Assembly: GCF_009914755.1 (NCBI RefSeq)
Contig: NC_060930.1
Source: the human T2T-CHM13v2.0 reference genome, Homo sapiens
Direction: 5' to 3' (one strand)
Length of the DNA: 64,000 bases
The notes below the pieces were generated by a model that was given only the letters and a program-made list of their open reading frames with translations, searched no databases and was not told where the DNA came from. The translations under genes and the position numbers were made by a program. This document shows, piece by piece, positions 27,476 to 42,212 of the stretch (within the stretch, counting starts at the first letter, position 1; each line of letters starts with the position of its first letter).

Positions 27476-30264
27476 TCACTTTTTCAGAAATTTAAAAAAT
27501 GTTGTTCTAAATGACTATCATCTTACACAATCATATATTTAAGTTCTTTGCACTTACATTAAAAAAAAAAAAGAAAAACATTGAAGATTCTAGGTGAAGA
27601 AAAAAAGGAATATCATGCCACCAGGTTTCCGGAAGACCTTGGTTCCACGATACCAATACCAGCCATGATGGCCATTCACTGAGTAGAACTTATTTCTCAC
27701 TTTGTAATTCAGAAAGTTTCAGAGTAGCAGAGAAACGCATGTCATGGGGAAAGCCAGAGAACTGAGTGTCTTTTATGCTAGGTGACACTTTGTTCCACAA
27801 ATATAGCCTCAGAGTGGGTAAAGGAAAGATGGTGGCTGACAATGGGGCATTTCTTATGGAGGCTCAGAGCCGGCAATGCCTCCAGTTGGCAGTCGTACTC
27901 TCTTCAGACAGAAGCAACCTTGGATGCCTTTTGCATATGCATTATTGTTGATGCTGTCTGCCAAGACTTCAAGATACTATGAGATTTTCCCACAATGTGC
28001 ATATGCTGTGGATGCCGGAGGCATCATGCCCTAGTGGTCTAAGGGTGGAGCCGGGCTGCAGTGGCTGTAATATGGCATCACCAGGTCTTCCTGTGGAGAG
28101 GAGCCAGGGAGCACATCTGGAGTGCTGAGCTTGTGTGAGACAGTTGGGATAGATCAACAAGAAAGGTGCAGAGGGAAGTGGAGAAACGAACAGAACCTAT
28201 GAAAATAAGAGTTTCAGAACAGATGAAGAAAAAAGGAGAGAACATCAGCAGAAACATAAGGAGACAGGAAAGTGGCAGAAATGAAAGAATTAGTGAAAAG
28301 ACATGTACAGAGGTAAAGCAATAGAAACGAAATATGACCTTTTCAAAGGTTGGATATACAAGTGTAAGTTGTGAGTGAACTTAACACTCATCTTGCCATG
28401 GAATCTCAAATAGAAAGAGGAACATTATTATTTTTATTCCCTTTGCTATTTAGTATAGTTTAGACTATTGCTCTCTAATAGTTTAATACACTGGTTTGAA
28501 TAATTTTGGTTCTATCAGAGCTGGCTGTAAAGCATAAGAATGATTCTTTGGCAATGTGCACATTCATTCATTCTTTATCCCCTGACAATGTGCCAGGTCG
28601 TCTTCAAGGCCCTCCGATGTCATTCTTCCCCCAGGACCCCAGGTGGAAATGACCCATCACAATGCAATGGGATAAGCGGTAAGTGCTGACTGCCTGGGGG
28701 AACAGGTGCAGGCTGCACCAAGGAGCTGACACTTGTGCAGGGTCTTGTAACTAATATTGCATCAGTTTTTTCAACATGCCTATTGAGATCAGTGGGAAAA
28801 TACTCATCGTTATGTTGTAGCAGGAAAAACAGAAGTAAGGAGAGGTTAGGAGCTTCTAGAAGACTTCAAAAGTTTGAGAGCTGGGAATAAAAGGTGTTGA
28901 GATACATACTTTAAAACTTATAATGCAAGCTAGTAGGACATATTCAAACTACCACTATACTTTTTAAATTTTAGAATTTCAATAAGGGACTATAGTACTT
29001 TCTAATCCTCCACAACAAAAACTGATTCAGAAACAAATACGTCTTATTAACTTCAATACCTTAGTAACTTGCCTTAGAAAAAATGACAAATTCCCCAAAA
29101 TTCAAACAGCAGGTTTTAGATGACGATGTTAGGCACATTTTTCTCCACTGACCTCTTTTCAAAAAATAATAGAAACAGCCTGAATTTAAAATATACAGTG
29201 TCTTTCTAATACCACTGTGAAAAACATTCACACAGAATTAATTTCATTCTCAACAAAATCCCTGGAAAATAGGGAAACATTTCATTATGAAGTCGAAGAA
29301 TATGTAAAAAAAGATTAAAAACATCTTTAGATTGGTTTTCTCTGAGTTACTGTTAAGGATCCACGTTTATGCTATAAACAAATCTCTCTCATGAAAGTAA
29401 GGCCTTCCCTATTCCTGGCTCTGCCTTTTAATCACTGAAACAGCTGGGAACTGTTTAAGAATTTGTCTCAAACACAAAACTTGTTTAACTAACTTAATGG
29501 AACAGGTGAGGAGACACTCTTCCAGAATTTGAACCCATCAGGGGTCAGATGGCAGGTATCAAAAGACAGATTAATGGTATCAGAATAGTGGCCATGTGGA
29601 GTTTAATGATGACATATGACTGGTTTTAAGACTTGTGACAGCAAGAAAGAAAAAGGCAAGAAAATAGGAGGTACAAATAAGAGGAGTGGCTAAGCTGCTG
29701 CACAGACAGGCTTGGAGGTGAGGCGGTGAAGAGGGGTGGCCTGCTGGCTGCGTGAGAGAAGGCCTGGCCAGGGCAGGGTGTGGTGATATTGGCTCTACCA
29801 GCCTTGCTTCTCAGGGTTCCCGGACTGGGCCACCCACCCACTCCACCTGACAGAGTCCCTGCCTATGTCTCTGTTCATGCGGCTGGTTCATTCCCACAGC
29901 ACCTCCTGCCCCAATTGTGAATTCTTTCCCAGTTCTTACACCCCGTCCCCCAACTCTCTCTTTTAATTACAAATCTTTCCAAAGCCCTGCTCTAAAACTC
30001 CCCTTTATTAGGAAGCCTGTCCTTGTCCCTCAGGCTCAAGTACGACCTGTCCTCATTTCCAGTTGCCCAAATGTATCAGCGGTGTTTTCTGAGTGTGTAC
30101 ATTATGCAATTTTAAATAGATGATGCACCAGCGTCTTCCATTTTGGTTTAGTCCGCAAAGTGATTAACAACATGCTATCCATTCCATGGAAAACACTAGC
30201 CCAGCACCGGTTCCAAGTGATTAACTCAGTATTCCCTGCCAAGAGAAAATCTCACTGTCCAAGA

Positions 30265-30430
30265 ACTCTGGAGCCTCAACAAGGAAGGTGGCTTTGCCAG
30301 CACCTTGATTTAGCTCAGTGGGACTCCATTTGGTCTTCTGACCTCCAGAACTGTAAGACAATGAATCTGGGTAGTTTTAAGCCACTAAGTTTGTGATTAC
30401 TTGTTACATCAGCAATAGTAAACCAACATA
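30265..30430 (+). mobile_element. MLT1 LTR 3' part
   Basis: caccttgattt...ttctgacctccagaactgtaagacaat...ttttaagccactaagtttgtg. Confidence 0.8.
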
Positions 30431-31309
30431 GATTTTAGACTATCAAAGTGACACTCAGCTGGCTCTAGGGAGCAAGTACAAAGATGGGTTTTTGCAGACA
30501 GGTTTCCAAGGGAGGAGCATGGGGGGTGGCTGGCAGATAAAAGCAGATGATAGCCTGATGTCTTCCTTGGTGGCTGCTCTCTAGCCTACTGGGGATACTG
30601 CAGTTCTAGGAGGAGCTGTAGAGCTTGCTGGATCTCAGCGCCTGTCACACTCCCTTGAAACATACCGTTTAGGCAGAATCAGAAGTCGATCACCAATTCA
30701 GCATATCCCTGCCTTCCACCACGATCATCCTTTCTACCCCTGGGTCAAGAAGCACACAGCTGGCAGTACTAAGGAACAAGTAACTTTTTCTGCATGAAGA
30801 TCTATAGGTATAAAACAAAATAAATATTTAAATAAAAAATGTCAGGAGTTGAAGAGCCCAAAGCATCCTTTCAGAAGATGTCTTTTGATAACTAATAATT
30901 TCACAAGAGTATATGATAATGATAATTAATAATGATGACTAATAAAATGACAATATGCAGCACAAAGTACCTTACACTTATAAAAGCCCTTTCATCTTTA
31001 AGAATTTGAAAATGCTTTGCAACCTGACTTCCAGGACATAGTGATTTGAAATTGGGTCTCTGCTTGCCCCCTGAAACTCAGTTTTTCTTGGATTGAGATG
31101 AAGTAATCATCTGCCAATTAATGTAACTCTTTGATATTAGCTCTTTACACATTAATCTGGCCCTATGGCTCTCAGATACAAGTGCTTAGTTTGTGTATGC
31201 TGTGAATTATTAACCTACTTTTTCAAAATATGTTTCTGAGACTTACCTCCTGGAATTCGAATTTGCCTGGCTCTGCGACCAGCTCCCTGTGCACACTCTT
31301 TTTCCCCCC

Positions 31310-31885
31310 TAGAAATGCTCCTTCAGGGAGTTTATGTATGTCAGGATTTCAGCTCTTGCACATCTTGCACATCTAGGCCCTAGCCCTGACCTCTTTTCTC
31401 TACACTAGGCCTCCAGCTCCAACTGCCTCCCTCATTTTGCAGCACAGATATCCCGAAGGCACCGGGAGTGTGACGGAACACCTCAACACCTCCCCCTGCA
31501 AAGTAAGTCTTCTCGCTGGATCTCTGATCTGGGTTCCAGCATCGTCACCTCCCCACTACCCTACATGGTTCAGCCTCTGTCCTGGGAGTCAACCTCAGCT
31601 CTGTCTTCTCTTCCACATGTCCTTAGTCCACTCTGATTCCATGGTCTCCATCTCTGCCATGTTCTGGCACCTGTCACTGTTTCTCTCGCCTGGGCTGCCC
31701 TGGTTCCGTGAGTCCCTCATTACACCCACCCCACCCCGGGCTGTCCCGGCAGCTTCGCAGCTGCTTCCCTTTCATCTGAGAGTTTCTATTGGACAAGGAC
31801 CTTATCTCATCTATCTTTAAATTTCTTGGTGTTAGACTGGGACTTACCTCTACGGTAATGGAATGTTCAATAAACATTCTTTTCA
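31310..31885 (+). mobile_element. L2 fragments
   Basis: ctaggccctagccctgacctc...tccaactgcctc, ending gttcaataaacatt (L2 3' end). Confidence 0.55.
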
Positions 31886-31915
31886 AAATTGAATGTTAAG
31901 AACTCAACCATGTAT

Positions 31916-31981
31916 TTTCATATATATACATATATATATATTTCATATATATATATTTTCTCATATATACTGATATATATC
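31916..31981. repeat. (TA)n-rich low-complexity tract
   Basis: Interrupted tatata runs. Confidence 0.8.
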
Positions 31982-34900
31982 TGAGAAGCTGAAGGTAAAT
32001 CAGAATTATATTTTAAATGTGCATGGTCAATGTACTATCTAAAATATTCCTGTAATAAATCCTAAAACCTGCAGAATCTTTTAGTACCTACACACAGTCA
32101 CTTATTTTTTAGTTTGGATATTGTTACACCAGGTTTTCATGGGGGCAAGGCATACCTGATTTACTCAGGAAACTAGCAAATTGATGACAGCATTACAAAA
32201 TGTACAAGGTAGATTTTGCTATTAAGGACAGTTCCTATTGCTGAGTAACAGCGGAATGAAACCAGGTATTTACTGATGGGCCAAACCTGGTAAGCATTTG
32301 TCTAGGAGGCAGATCAGAGCTACTAAGTTGGGACGGAAGCCCGTCAGTGGTGGACCTATCACCTTGGCAGTTAATGACAAAAGGAGCCAGACGAGTTTTT
32401 GCCTTTGCTACTAGATGTAACAGTGGATAGAGAAGCCGGCCTGGCATGAGCCACAGGTGTGGGCAGTGAGGTGGTGGGAGAAGGCATGCAGGGTGAGAAA
32501 GGTGGCGCAGAGCCCACGGTAGATGGGCATGACTACATTTCAGCCCCAGAATATTCTAGTGTCTGCAGAGCAACTGTTTTCAAGTAAAGAAGGTGCTGGG
32601 AAAACAATCAAATTTGATAAAAAATAATTAACTTTATCGAGAGCATGAGGCAGAACGGGGTGAGAGAAACCACAGGCAGTATTATCTGTGAAATCTCCAT
32701 GAACACAGATTTTTGGATTGCTGTTATTTTGGAAGATAAATAAGGCTTGGTGGAACAGGAAGAGCACTGCTGATTTGTTTAAAAAAAAAAAAAAGAGAGA
32801 GGGATTTTTTAGATTTCCGAATACAGAGGTCATCGGCCAAAGATGAAAATAAAGATGGAACAGGTAATCACATCAGGGACGAATGGATCTCTCATAAGTA
32901 ATTCTATTCTTTAGGTGATGTACTTCAGAGCTACTTTAGGTAGAAGTTGAGCTCAACAACTAATTGTTCCTCCTATGGAAAGTTGATGCAGATGCTAAAA
33001 CAGACTTTTAAGACGATAAAAAGATTTTGAAACTTATTTTGTAGACGTCAATAAGTCTGCATTATGATTATAAATGAGGATAGTCAGCCATCACCTGGAT
33101 AGCTTTATGGAAAAAAGGTACAGATGTTGCAGGAATTCCTCACGGGTGCAAGTAATGGACATATCTGCACTAGGAATACCAGAAGGACTTAAGGATAAAT
33201 CAAAAAATATTCTTAAATAAGGGAAGATACATAGCTATGTATAGCCATAAAGATTTTTGAGTCTTTAATGACATCATTTTAATCTAGATCTGATAATAAG
33301 AAAAGAAACTTCAAGGAAAAAAGGAGGAAGTTGGGGTTATTACAATCAGTACACAATTACTATTTCATTAGATATGAAATGCTCTTGAGGGGGGAGAGCA
33401 ACCGAGGAAAGAACCCAGGCTTCAGGAGGAATGTTATATGGCCCTTGGGGATTTGTATGCGATCCTATGAAGTATGGAAAACAAACAGTGGAATATTTAA
33501 GAATCAACTGAAGAGACTGAAACTTAAAGCTCCCTTGGTTAAGTCCAAGGAAGGAAAAGGGCAGGAAAGGCCAATGTGATTAAGGAAGGATATAAAGATT
33601 AGTATGAGGAGCCTAAGAGGGAGGCTTAAAATATATAAACAGTGATTTAGAGATATAAACTATTTATAAAATACAAGCAGTAAGAAGTTCAGAGAATAAT
33701 TACAAAAGAGGAAGCATTCTGATCAGCATTCCACACTACTGTGGTCCAAAAGTTATGGGAGCACAGGATGCCAGGATATTAAAATGGGAAGGGACCTTAC
33801 AGAACGAGTAGTCTCGCCTCTCTTTCTATAGGCCCAAGAGTGCAGGAAGAAAGGCACTCATCCTTAATCTGCTCTCTCCACATCCTCTGACCCTGGCTCC
33901 CGCTGGTCAGAGAAAGGAACAAAGAAGAGCAGGGGTGGAGGGGAGGATTAGAGCCTTAGAGGTCAGAAGGAGCAGGAGCGGGAGGGATGGACTGGCTTCT
34001 AACAGAGCTGGTACAGATGAAGGGATAGAGTGGGGGGATCTAATTTCCTGCTTTGGGAGGGGAAGTGTGAGAAGGTGGTGAGAACAGCTATGGGAGAAAA
34101 GGGGGACAGTTTCAGGACAAAAGGCCAGGCTGGTGAGTGTGTTGAGGGCTTTTCACCCCCAAACGCAGAGACAGAGCTGAGGGAAGCTCTGACTGGCATT
34201 TATATAAGTCCTCTGATGACAGATCAGGTTCCTGAGGTCTGGAAAGTGTTACATATCATTATTCTAAACAGGGCTATGAGATAGAGCAAGCAATTATAGG
34301 CCATTTAACTTAACATCATTTACAGAAAAATATTAGGAAAAGTTTGCGGGGGGTGGGGAGGACAACTCGACAAGCATATGGTAATTTGATCAGAAACAGG
34401 CCACATGTTTTTACGGGAGGAAGGTGTTGTTTTAACTAGCTTGTTGGACTTCTTTGAAGTTATTGCTTTCTTAGTTCTAGGTTTTAACCTATGATTTTTC
34501 CCTGATATCTATAAAGATTAGGAATAAATATCAGATATCTAAGTAAATAAAACAAAAACCAATCACAACTGAGGAGATTAAAAATACAATGGGAAGAAAA
34601 AGAAAAATGAATGTTAAAGACAAACAGTGTAGCAAGGAAAAAAAGGAGTAAACATCAGCTAGTAGAGTTTAAGCCAAGATACTTTTCATGAAAAATACTT
34701 GATTTGGGTCTGTGAATGTGTCCCTTTATCCCATTTCCCAAGATGCTCTGCAGAAAAAAAAGGGACTTTTTGTTTGTTTGACTGAAAAAAATCTCTTTGC
34801 TTTTTTTTTCTTTTGTTTTGCTTTTTTAGTGGATTGACCATTTGATGTGGTTACAAATTTGGCACGTTAGGATGACTACTTCATTAATCCTTCCTTTGTG

Positions 34901-35151
34901 AATTTTTAAGTTAAAAATTCTCACATAAGAAGACGACATATTTGTGGTTATTTTATATATATTAATAGGTCAATAGTAGTTTTCTCATATTTACACAATA
35001 TTTCTGTACTACTTACTGAGTAGCCCCTGAACTTTCAGAAACAGGATCAGAAAGGCTGAAAACCAATAAAAAAATGAGCATCTTAAAACGTGCTTAGTAA
35101 TACTCACTAGAAGCTTCAAGTATGTTTCGTTATCCATTTTTGGCTGGTTAG

Positions 35152-35557
<406 letters not shown>

Positions 35558-35574
35558 AAACTGCTATCATTTCT

Positions 35575-35935
35575 ACATTTGCAATCTCCACAAGGGTGGG
35601 GACTGTATCTGTTTTGTTCATCATTGTACTCCTAGGGTCTAGCACAGTGTTTGATAAATACTTAGTGCATGAATGAATGGTTAAGAACAACATCAATATT
35701 AGATATTTACTCTGTGCCAGACACTGTACTAATAAGTACTTTGCATAACTGACTCTGTTAATTCTCCAGTAATTCTTTGAAAGAAGTCCTATTATTAATC
35801 TTATTTTTAAAAATGAGGGAACAGAGGCACTGAGAAGTTAAGGAACTTGCCTATGGTCGCACAGCTAGTAATCAATAGGTTTCAAACTCAGGCAGTTTGG
35901 CCAACAGGCCCACATTTGAGCATAATTGCCACTTT
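35575..35935. mobile_element. L2 3' end (+) followed by MIR (-)
   Basis: ctccacaagggtggggactgtatctg...gaatgaatg, then aatgagggaacagaggcactgagaagttaaggaacttgcc. Confidence 0.75.
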
Positions 35936-36502
35936 CTCTCTAAGAATGAACACACAATGCAATAAATCTGTGCATCAGTGTATGCATGTACAGAAAATTA
36001 TACACAAGACAGGGGTCTTAAGTGGCACAGAACTCAAGTACTAATGTTATCATCAACAAATACCAGAATTCAGGAGTGATGGAAAATTTAAAGTCTAATT
36101 TCCAGGATCAGGCTCTCTGTGGTAACAAACCCCTGTAGGCAGAGTACCAAAAAATGTTGCTCAATTGAGCTTTAATTGGATGCTGGAGTCCTTAGTCCAG
36201 AACAAACACTTTGAAAACTTCACACTGGTACAGAAGCGATATTGAAGGTTTTGAGGCACTAAATCAATGAGGAAAAAGAAATTACCAGCACATGTGGAAC
36301 TACGCCCTCTATGGAACCACTGGTGGCCTCTTTCAAGCTAGTACCTGCCTTTGCTGAGCAAAGGGCCATTTTTGAGACCATTCTGAGTCTTATTCAAAAC
36401 ATAATATAAAGCTCTATTTCCCTTTAGTCTTGCTGTAGGATATCAGTGTTCTGAGACCTGATGTGTCCTATTTTTTTTTTTTTTTAAATTTTCTTTATGG
36501 CA

Positions 36503-36758
36503 TTTTTTTTTTTTTTTAGACGGAGTCTCGCTCTGTGGCCCAAGCTGGAGTGCAGTGGCACGACCTTGGCTCACTGAAAGCTCCGCCTCCCGGGTTCACG
36601 CCATTCTCCTGCCTCAGCCTCCTGAGTAGCTGGGACTACAGGCACCTGCCACCATACCCGGCTAATTTTTTGTATCTTTTTTAGTAGAGACGGGGTTTCA
36701 CTGTGTTAGCCAGGATGGTCTCGATCTCCTGATCTTGTGATCCACCCGCCTCGGCCTC
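36503..36758 (-). mobile_element. AluY, 5'-truncated by about 40 nt
   Basis: gggttcacgccattctcc, ttagccaggatggtctcgatctcc; TSD tctttatggca at 36492-36502 and 36757-36767. Confidence 0.92.
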
Positions 36759-38611
36759 TTTATGGCATTTTTTTTTTTTTCCTATCAGTCATTCTGAAAT
36801 GATTCTAAGAAGACATAGTTATTGGTTTGAGTGTCCCTCTGTGCAGAAGATCTTGGGGGACAGATGACCTAAGCTGATCGGTGAAAGCACTTTTACAGAC
36901 TGTAAGAAGAATAAGAAGCCTTTGGCATGTGCAGGATGGACTGAGTCCCTGAGAAGGAAAGATTCAGTTTAGATGTGAGAGAATTCCACATGTATCCTAA
37001 GTTGAATGTAGACAAACCTCAGAGAAGCTTGGTGCTTTTCAGGACTCATACAAAATGGCTCTAGACCATTGGCTCTTGGGACCTCACACCTAACTAAAAG
37101 CTTATTTACAATATAGTCTCCAGTTCTGGTTACCTTTCAACTGGAAGAATATTCTCACCCCTGAGGCAATTCAACAGGAGGCTGTCAAGTTGATCCAAGT
37201 TTTAGGAAAACTTGTTGTTCTGAGGAATGAGGTTAAAAGTTTAGTCTCACCATACAGGAAAAGCTTACCCAGTGGAATATTAGGTTGAAGTGGAGTGAAT
37301 GAAATTAATGCAGCCTAGAGGCTTAGAAAGATAAAACGTAGTTCAAGATTCAAAATTGGACAGTAAAGGGAAGCTCAGGAGAGAGCCAAATCGGTGGAAA
37401 AATAAAGCAAGCATATGAAATCAGACACCACTCTTATACTCAAAGAATGCTAGTGTCAACAGAGCTGCAGAACAGGTATGATGATAGCACTTGAATGAAC
37501 AAAAGAAACGGGAGGGATGCGGCGTCGGTCACGGCAGGAAAGGGGGTCGATGCGGATTCAAGAACAGTCTTGTTAGTCTGAGGGTCCTTTTCCTGTTCAG
37601 TGAATTCTTTTGTTCTGTGTCCTTATCAATCCCACACCTTGTCTAAGTAGGAATGACAGACAAGCCATTCTTAATGACTTCCTAGCTTTTGAAACTATTT
37701 TGGTGTCAGAGAGGGAAAGAGCCACATTTAACTTGTAAAAATTGAGGTTTCTGTTGGCTTAGTAAATTTCCTTCTCTGAGATGACCATTTTTGATTGTAG
37801 ATACAGAAAAGCATTTGCATAAATATGTGATCTGTGCAATGTTCCAGAAAATTGACATCTCTGTCGCACCTCATCAGGCCAGAGAGTCAAATGGCAGCAC
37901 AGCTCAGGGCTCCAGTCGGCAGTCCCTGCTATGTCAGCACAGCGTGGCTGGCATCTTCCTCCCTGAGGGCCAGTACACATCCTCTCCTAGGCACACCCAC
38001 TCTCCATTAGCACCGGGAACAATGGTTCACTGTGTCAGAGCCCCGGCCACGCCCTGTGCCCGGACAATGCACGACTCCACAGCCCTACCTCTCCCAAGCA
38101 CTGGTTACTTCCTTTCCTTTTTATTTCCTCCTGTGTGGTAGAGTGCATGAAATACAGTTTTTTCCTTCTGTCTGAAACAAGACATTTTAAAGAGTGGTAA
38201 ACGATGACCGATTCACTTTCAGTCTCTCCTCACTGGGGTTTCCCTAACCTCTCCAAGGTTGAACAACAGATAGGAATTTGGTTCAGAACACAGGGAAAAT
38301 GGTTTCAAAAAAATTCAATTTTCACAGTTAATGTTCACTAGGTAACACATATGAACGTTTCTCTCTAGAGATGATGCTTTCTATTATCTTTAGGTATATT
38401 TCATATGTTGAGCTTTGCTTCCATAGTGAGGACGGACCTCATTAAAGCAATAACAGCAAGCTAGGCAGCTTTATAAGTTTAGGAAAGGAGGATGTTATGT
38501 TCTAACAACCATTTTGTAACACAGGAAGTTCTGTATTTAGAAATTCGCCCATCCATCTAGCAATCAGTCAGTATTTATTAAGTACCTACCTTGTTATAGT
38601 CTAGTGTAAGA

Positions 38612-38907
38612 TTTTTTTTTTTTTGAGACGGAGTTTCACTCTTGTTGCCTAGGCTGGAGTGCAATGGCGCGCGATCTCGGCTCACTGCAACCTCCGCCTC
38701 CTGGGTTCAAGCGATTCTCCTGCCTCAGCCTCCTGAGTAGTGGGGATTACAGGCATGCGCTACCACACCCGGCTAATTTTGTATTTTTAGTAGAGATGGG
38801 GTTTCACATGTTGGTCAGGCTGGTCTCGAACTCCTGAGCTCAGGTGATCTGCATGCCTCTGCCTCCCAAAGGGCTGGGATTATAGGCATGAGCCACTGTG
38901 CCTGGCC
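38612..38907 (-). mobile_element. AluS (Sp/Sq-like) inserted in an L2 fragment
   Basis: gtttcactcttgttgcc diagnostic; flanked by taagat..ttttt; L2-type sequence at ~38550-38600 and ~38915-39140. Confidence 0.9.
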
Positions 38908-39591
38908 TTAAGATATTTTTTAAAAGTCCCTATTCTCAAAGAGTTCACAATTTGGTAAAGAGAGAAAGACATGTAAACAAATGATTATGGTGGGTTATAG
39001 TAGGTACTATAATAGAATTATGTATAGCATATAATGTGGATACAAAGAAAGGAGTGGGAAGGAATTTCAGCAGTACTGATGTATCGGCCAGAAAAGGCTA
39101 CATAGACAGGGTGGTCCCTGACCTGAGTCTTATAAAAAGCAGGGGAGACCATTTATGGTATAGTGTGCAAGTATGCACTTGTGTATGAGTACACAGACAC
39201 AGACATAGACATAGCTGGAGAGGACCTAGATGTCCTGCAGGTCTGGGACAGCGTTGTTAAGTCAGGCATCCTGTAGGTTATCAGGGACCAGCCATTAGAA
39301 TAGGAGACCAACATGAGGAGATCTGCGTGTGATGTGAGATTCCATTTCTGAAATCAATGATTTCTTTTGGTGGGTTTAACTCTTGTTTTCCTTTATAGAG
39401 CAATGAAGTTTGTGGTAAGAATGATAATCTCAAATTGAATTCACTGTGTTCTGATTTTGGAAATGCACGCTGAAGGATGCCAGGGAGCTGAACTGACAGC
39501 TCCAAAGGCTGGCACCAGGCATTCCATGAGCGCATTTGCCCAGCCAGCCAGCCAAATGTGGCCACGCACTGGGTGGCCAGAGAGTCCTTAC

Positions 39592-39688
39592 CACTTCAGT
39601 TGGCCGGTAGTACTTGAGATCCACAGTCACGTGAACTTTGCCGGTCTCTTTACATCTGCCCACTTCATTTTCATTCTTTCCTTCCCAC
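39592..39688 (-). CDS. GMDS: GMDS coding exon (probable exon 9), 97 nt, phase 2 to phase 0
   Basis: Branch-point-like CTGAT, acceptor tttatcttccttacag|GTGG, donor GAAGTG|gtaagg; completes the Val codon from the previous exon, then [32 protein letters not shown] (partly in ORF 39430..39663). Confidence 0.97.
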
Positions 39689-41910
39689 CTGTAAGGAAGA
39701 TAAACACTGAATCAGCTCCTAATTGCTTGGGAACATTTGGCCATGCTGTAGCACCTTGGGATGCCCCAGCCCTCTCCCCGCAGGAGCGCTTAAGCTCATT
39801 AACCACAGCAGCACAGGCTGATGCTCCAGCTGATTATTAAAGCAACGGCGACTTTCAAAGCCTTTCTAGATCTGTTTTGCAAGGGCAGCGTTTTTTTCCT
39901 TTTCAAGAAAATCATGACGAATTCAGAAGTGAGACTTTAGAAATGAACAGATTAGCCAGAAAATAAAATTGGGCAACTTTCAGGGATTTCAAAGATTTTG
40001 TATTTCTCTAGACCATTCTTGGTCAATTCATTATTATTAATTAATAAATTATTATAAATTAATTAATATAAATTAATGTCTTCTGTCTTCCCTTTTTTTT
40101 TCTTTCTTTTGTAGTTTTAGGGATATTCAGAGTTAATTCAACACATTCCATTTGGGAATAAGTTTTGTAACCTAATTAACCATTCAATGCATCCCTGGAT
40201 CACATACAAGTTCTCCTGCTCTCCCGTCAATGGTGGGCCCCCTTAGTAAGTCTCAGATGATTAAACCTCCAAAAAGTACAGAACTAATTGTTTGTTTCCT
40301 GCTGAGTGAGGGTATATCAATATTACTTTCCTATAACCTCCTCTGACCTAGCTAGGATACTGTTTGCACACAAGTTTCCTTCCCTGAACATCCAAGGTTG
40401 ACAGCAGTAAGGATCCCAGGAGCGAGTCCTCAAGTCCACACTATGCAGGATGAGCTCATATGCTTCGAGATTACCTTCTCGCTAAAATTCTACTTATCCA
40501 TTTTATGTTCTCATTTTTTATAAATCAAGCCACTCACTTAATGGTAACGTCTGGATGTCTATAATATTACAGAATTTGGGTTATTTATTTTTACATATGA
40601 ACTTTTTTGCAAAGAAAGAGAAGAAATTAACAAGTATGACATGTTTGACTTTACTGTTTATCCTTAGAACTGGTTTGCATTATGAGCTGGAGATGAATCC
40701 TATGGACACAGGACAATTCTGTGTGCTCTCGGGGTCAGAGTCATCATGGGGAAGACAAAATTAGTTACCTGCCTATGTAAGCCACAGGCACCACTGAAAA
40801 TGAACATTAAATGTTGATCCCAGTTATATTTTGGAATAGGTTGAGAATTAAAGACATAAACTGACCTCATAAGCCTTATTTCTGATGAATCACCTGAATG
40901 TTCTGTCAAATCACTTCTTGGTAGCAAAGGGGAAATATTTCACCGTTGGAGGAATAATCAGTTTGTTAGTGTGCTGAATTTACCAATGGACTCAAGGCAA
41001 GTATGAAAACTGTCCTGTGACACAGAGAATTATATAGCGCAGTATGTTGAATAATATACAGCTGTACAACTGGTCATTTCCCCATGACTTTTATATTAAT
41101 TAATTAACACAAAAAGGGATGTTTGGTAATTTGTTTTCATTTCTTCCTTAATGTTGATTAGATCAATTTGGCAGGTCATATAGGTCTAAGAATTTCAAAG
41201 CAAGGGAATTGGTAGGTAGGATCAGAGCTAAGTTTTTGGAAAATTCACCGGGAAACGGTAAGTGGATGTTTTGGAGCATGGAGATTGAAAGCGTTTTAAA
41301 ACATAACCTGAAGGAATGATGACCCTCATACATCTCCTGTGGATAAAGACCAAATCTTAGCTAATATCCACAGGAAGGGAGGACAATTGGTTAAGTCATT
41401 ATTATTATTTTTTTTAAATAACTATCTAATTCTAAAGTTAATTGTTTAAGTAGAACCTTTTAAAAAATTTTTGGTTAGGCTTTCAGTAGATGAAAGTATA
41501 TTTGTATTTCACAGGCATGTTTGATCTATTTTTGCTCACATTTCGTTCTTCGCAAAGAGAAACAAGTTCAGCAGATACTTGCGTGATAGTACCTCCAACC
41601 AAGTCAAAGGGTTAACAGAAATACCATTTACAATTCTGCTGACTGATTTTTCGCCTGTAGCTGGCCACGCTGACTTATGTGCGCACCAATATTCCACTGT
41701 TCTTCCACTGGTAAATCTCAAATGCCACAACCATGAGAACTGGTGATTCAAATCTATTTATAATTCAATTTTTAAAAAATCACACACAAACACACACACA
41801 TATTTAAATCGACAAAGCCTTGGTAAAGACTTGGAGAGCTTTTCTTGTTTTAGGAGGGAGCGTGTGAGTCAGAAGAGGACTGAGGCCGTGCCTGAGGGGT
41901 CTTTAGACTT

Positions 41911-42212
41911 TGGTGGGGTCTGTAAACTGTTTCTGTGAAGAGCCAGACAGTAAATACTTAAAGCTTCACAGATCACATATAGTCTCTGTTACATATTTTT
42001 CCTTTCTCCTCTTTCTTTTTCTGTTTCTTCTTCCTCCTCTTATTTTTTCTTCCTTATTATTTTCTTCTTTTTTTAAACCACGCTTTAAGACTGTAAAACC
42101 TGTCCTTACCTCCAGGACAGTAAAAAAAAAAAACAAAAAACAAAAAACCAAAAACAAAACCAAAAGGGCCTCAGCTGGGATTTGGCCCACAGGCTCCAGT
42201 TGCCCACTCCTG
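41911..42212. mobile_element. MER58B (hAT-Charlie)
   Basis: ggggtctgtaaactgtttctgtgaagagccagacagtaaata...gatttggcccacaggctccagttgcccactcctg. Confidence 0.8.

Noticed and set aside
40030-40078. AT-rich imperfect palindrome
   Set aside because: Low complexity; symmetry expected by chance.
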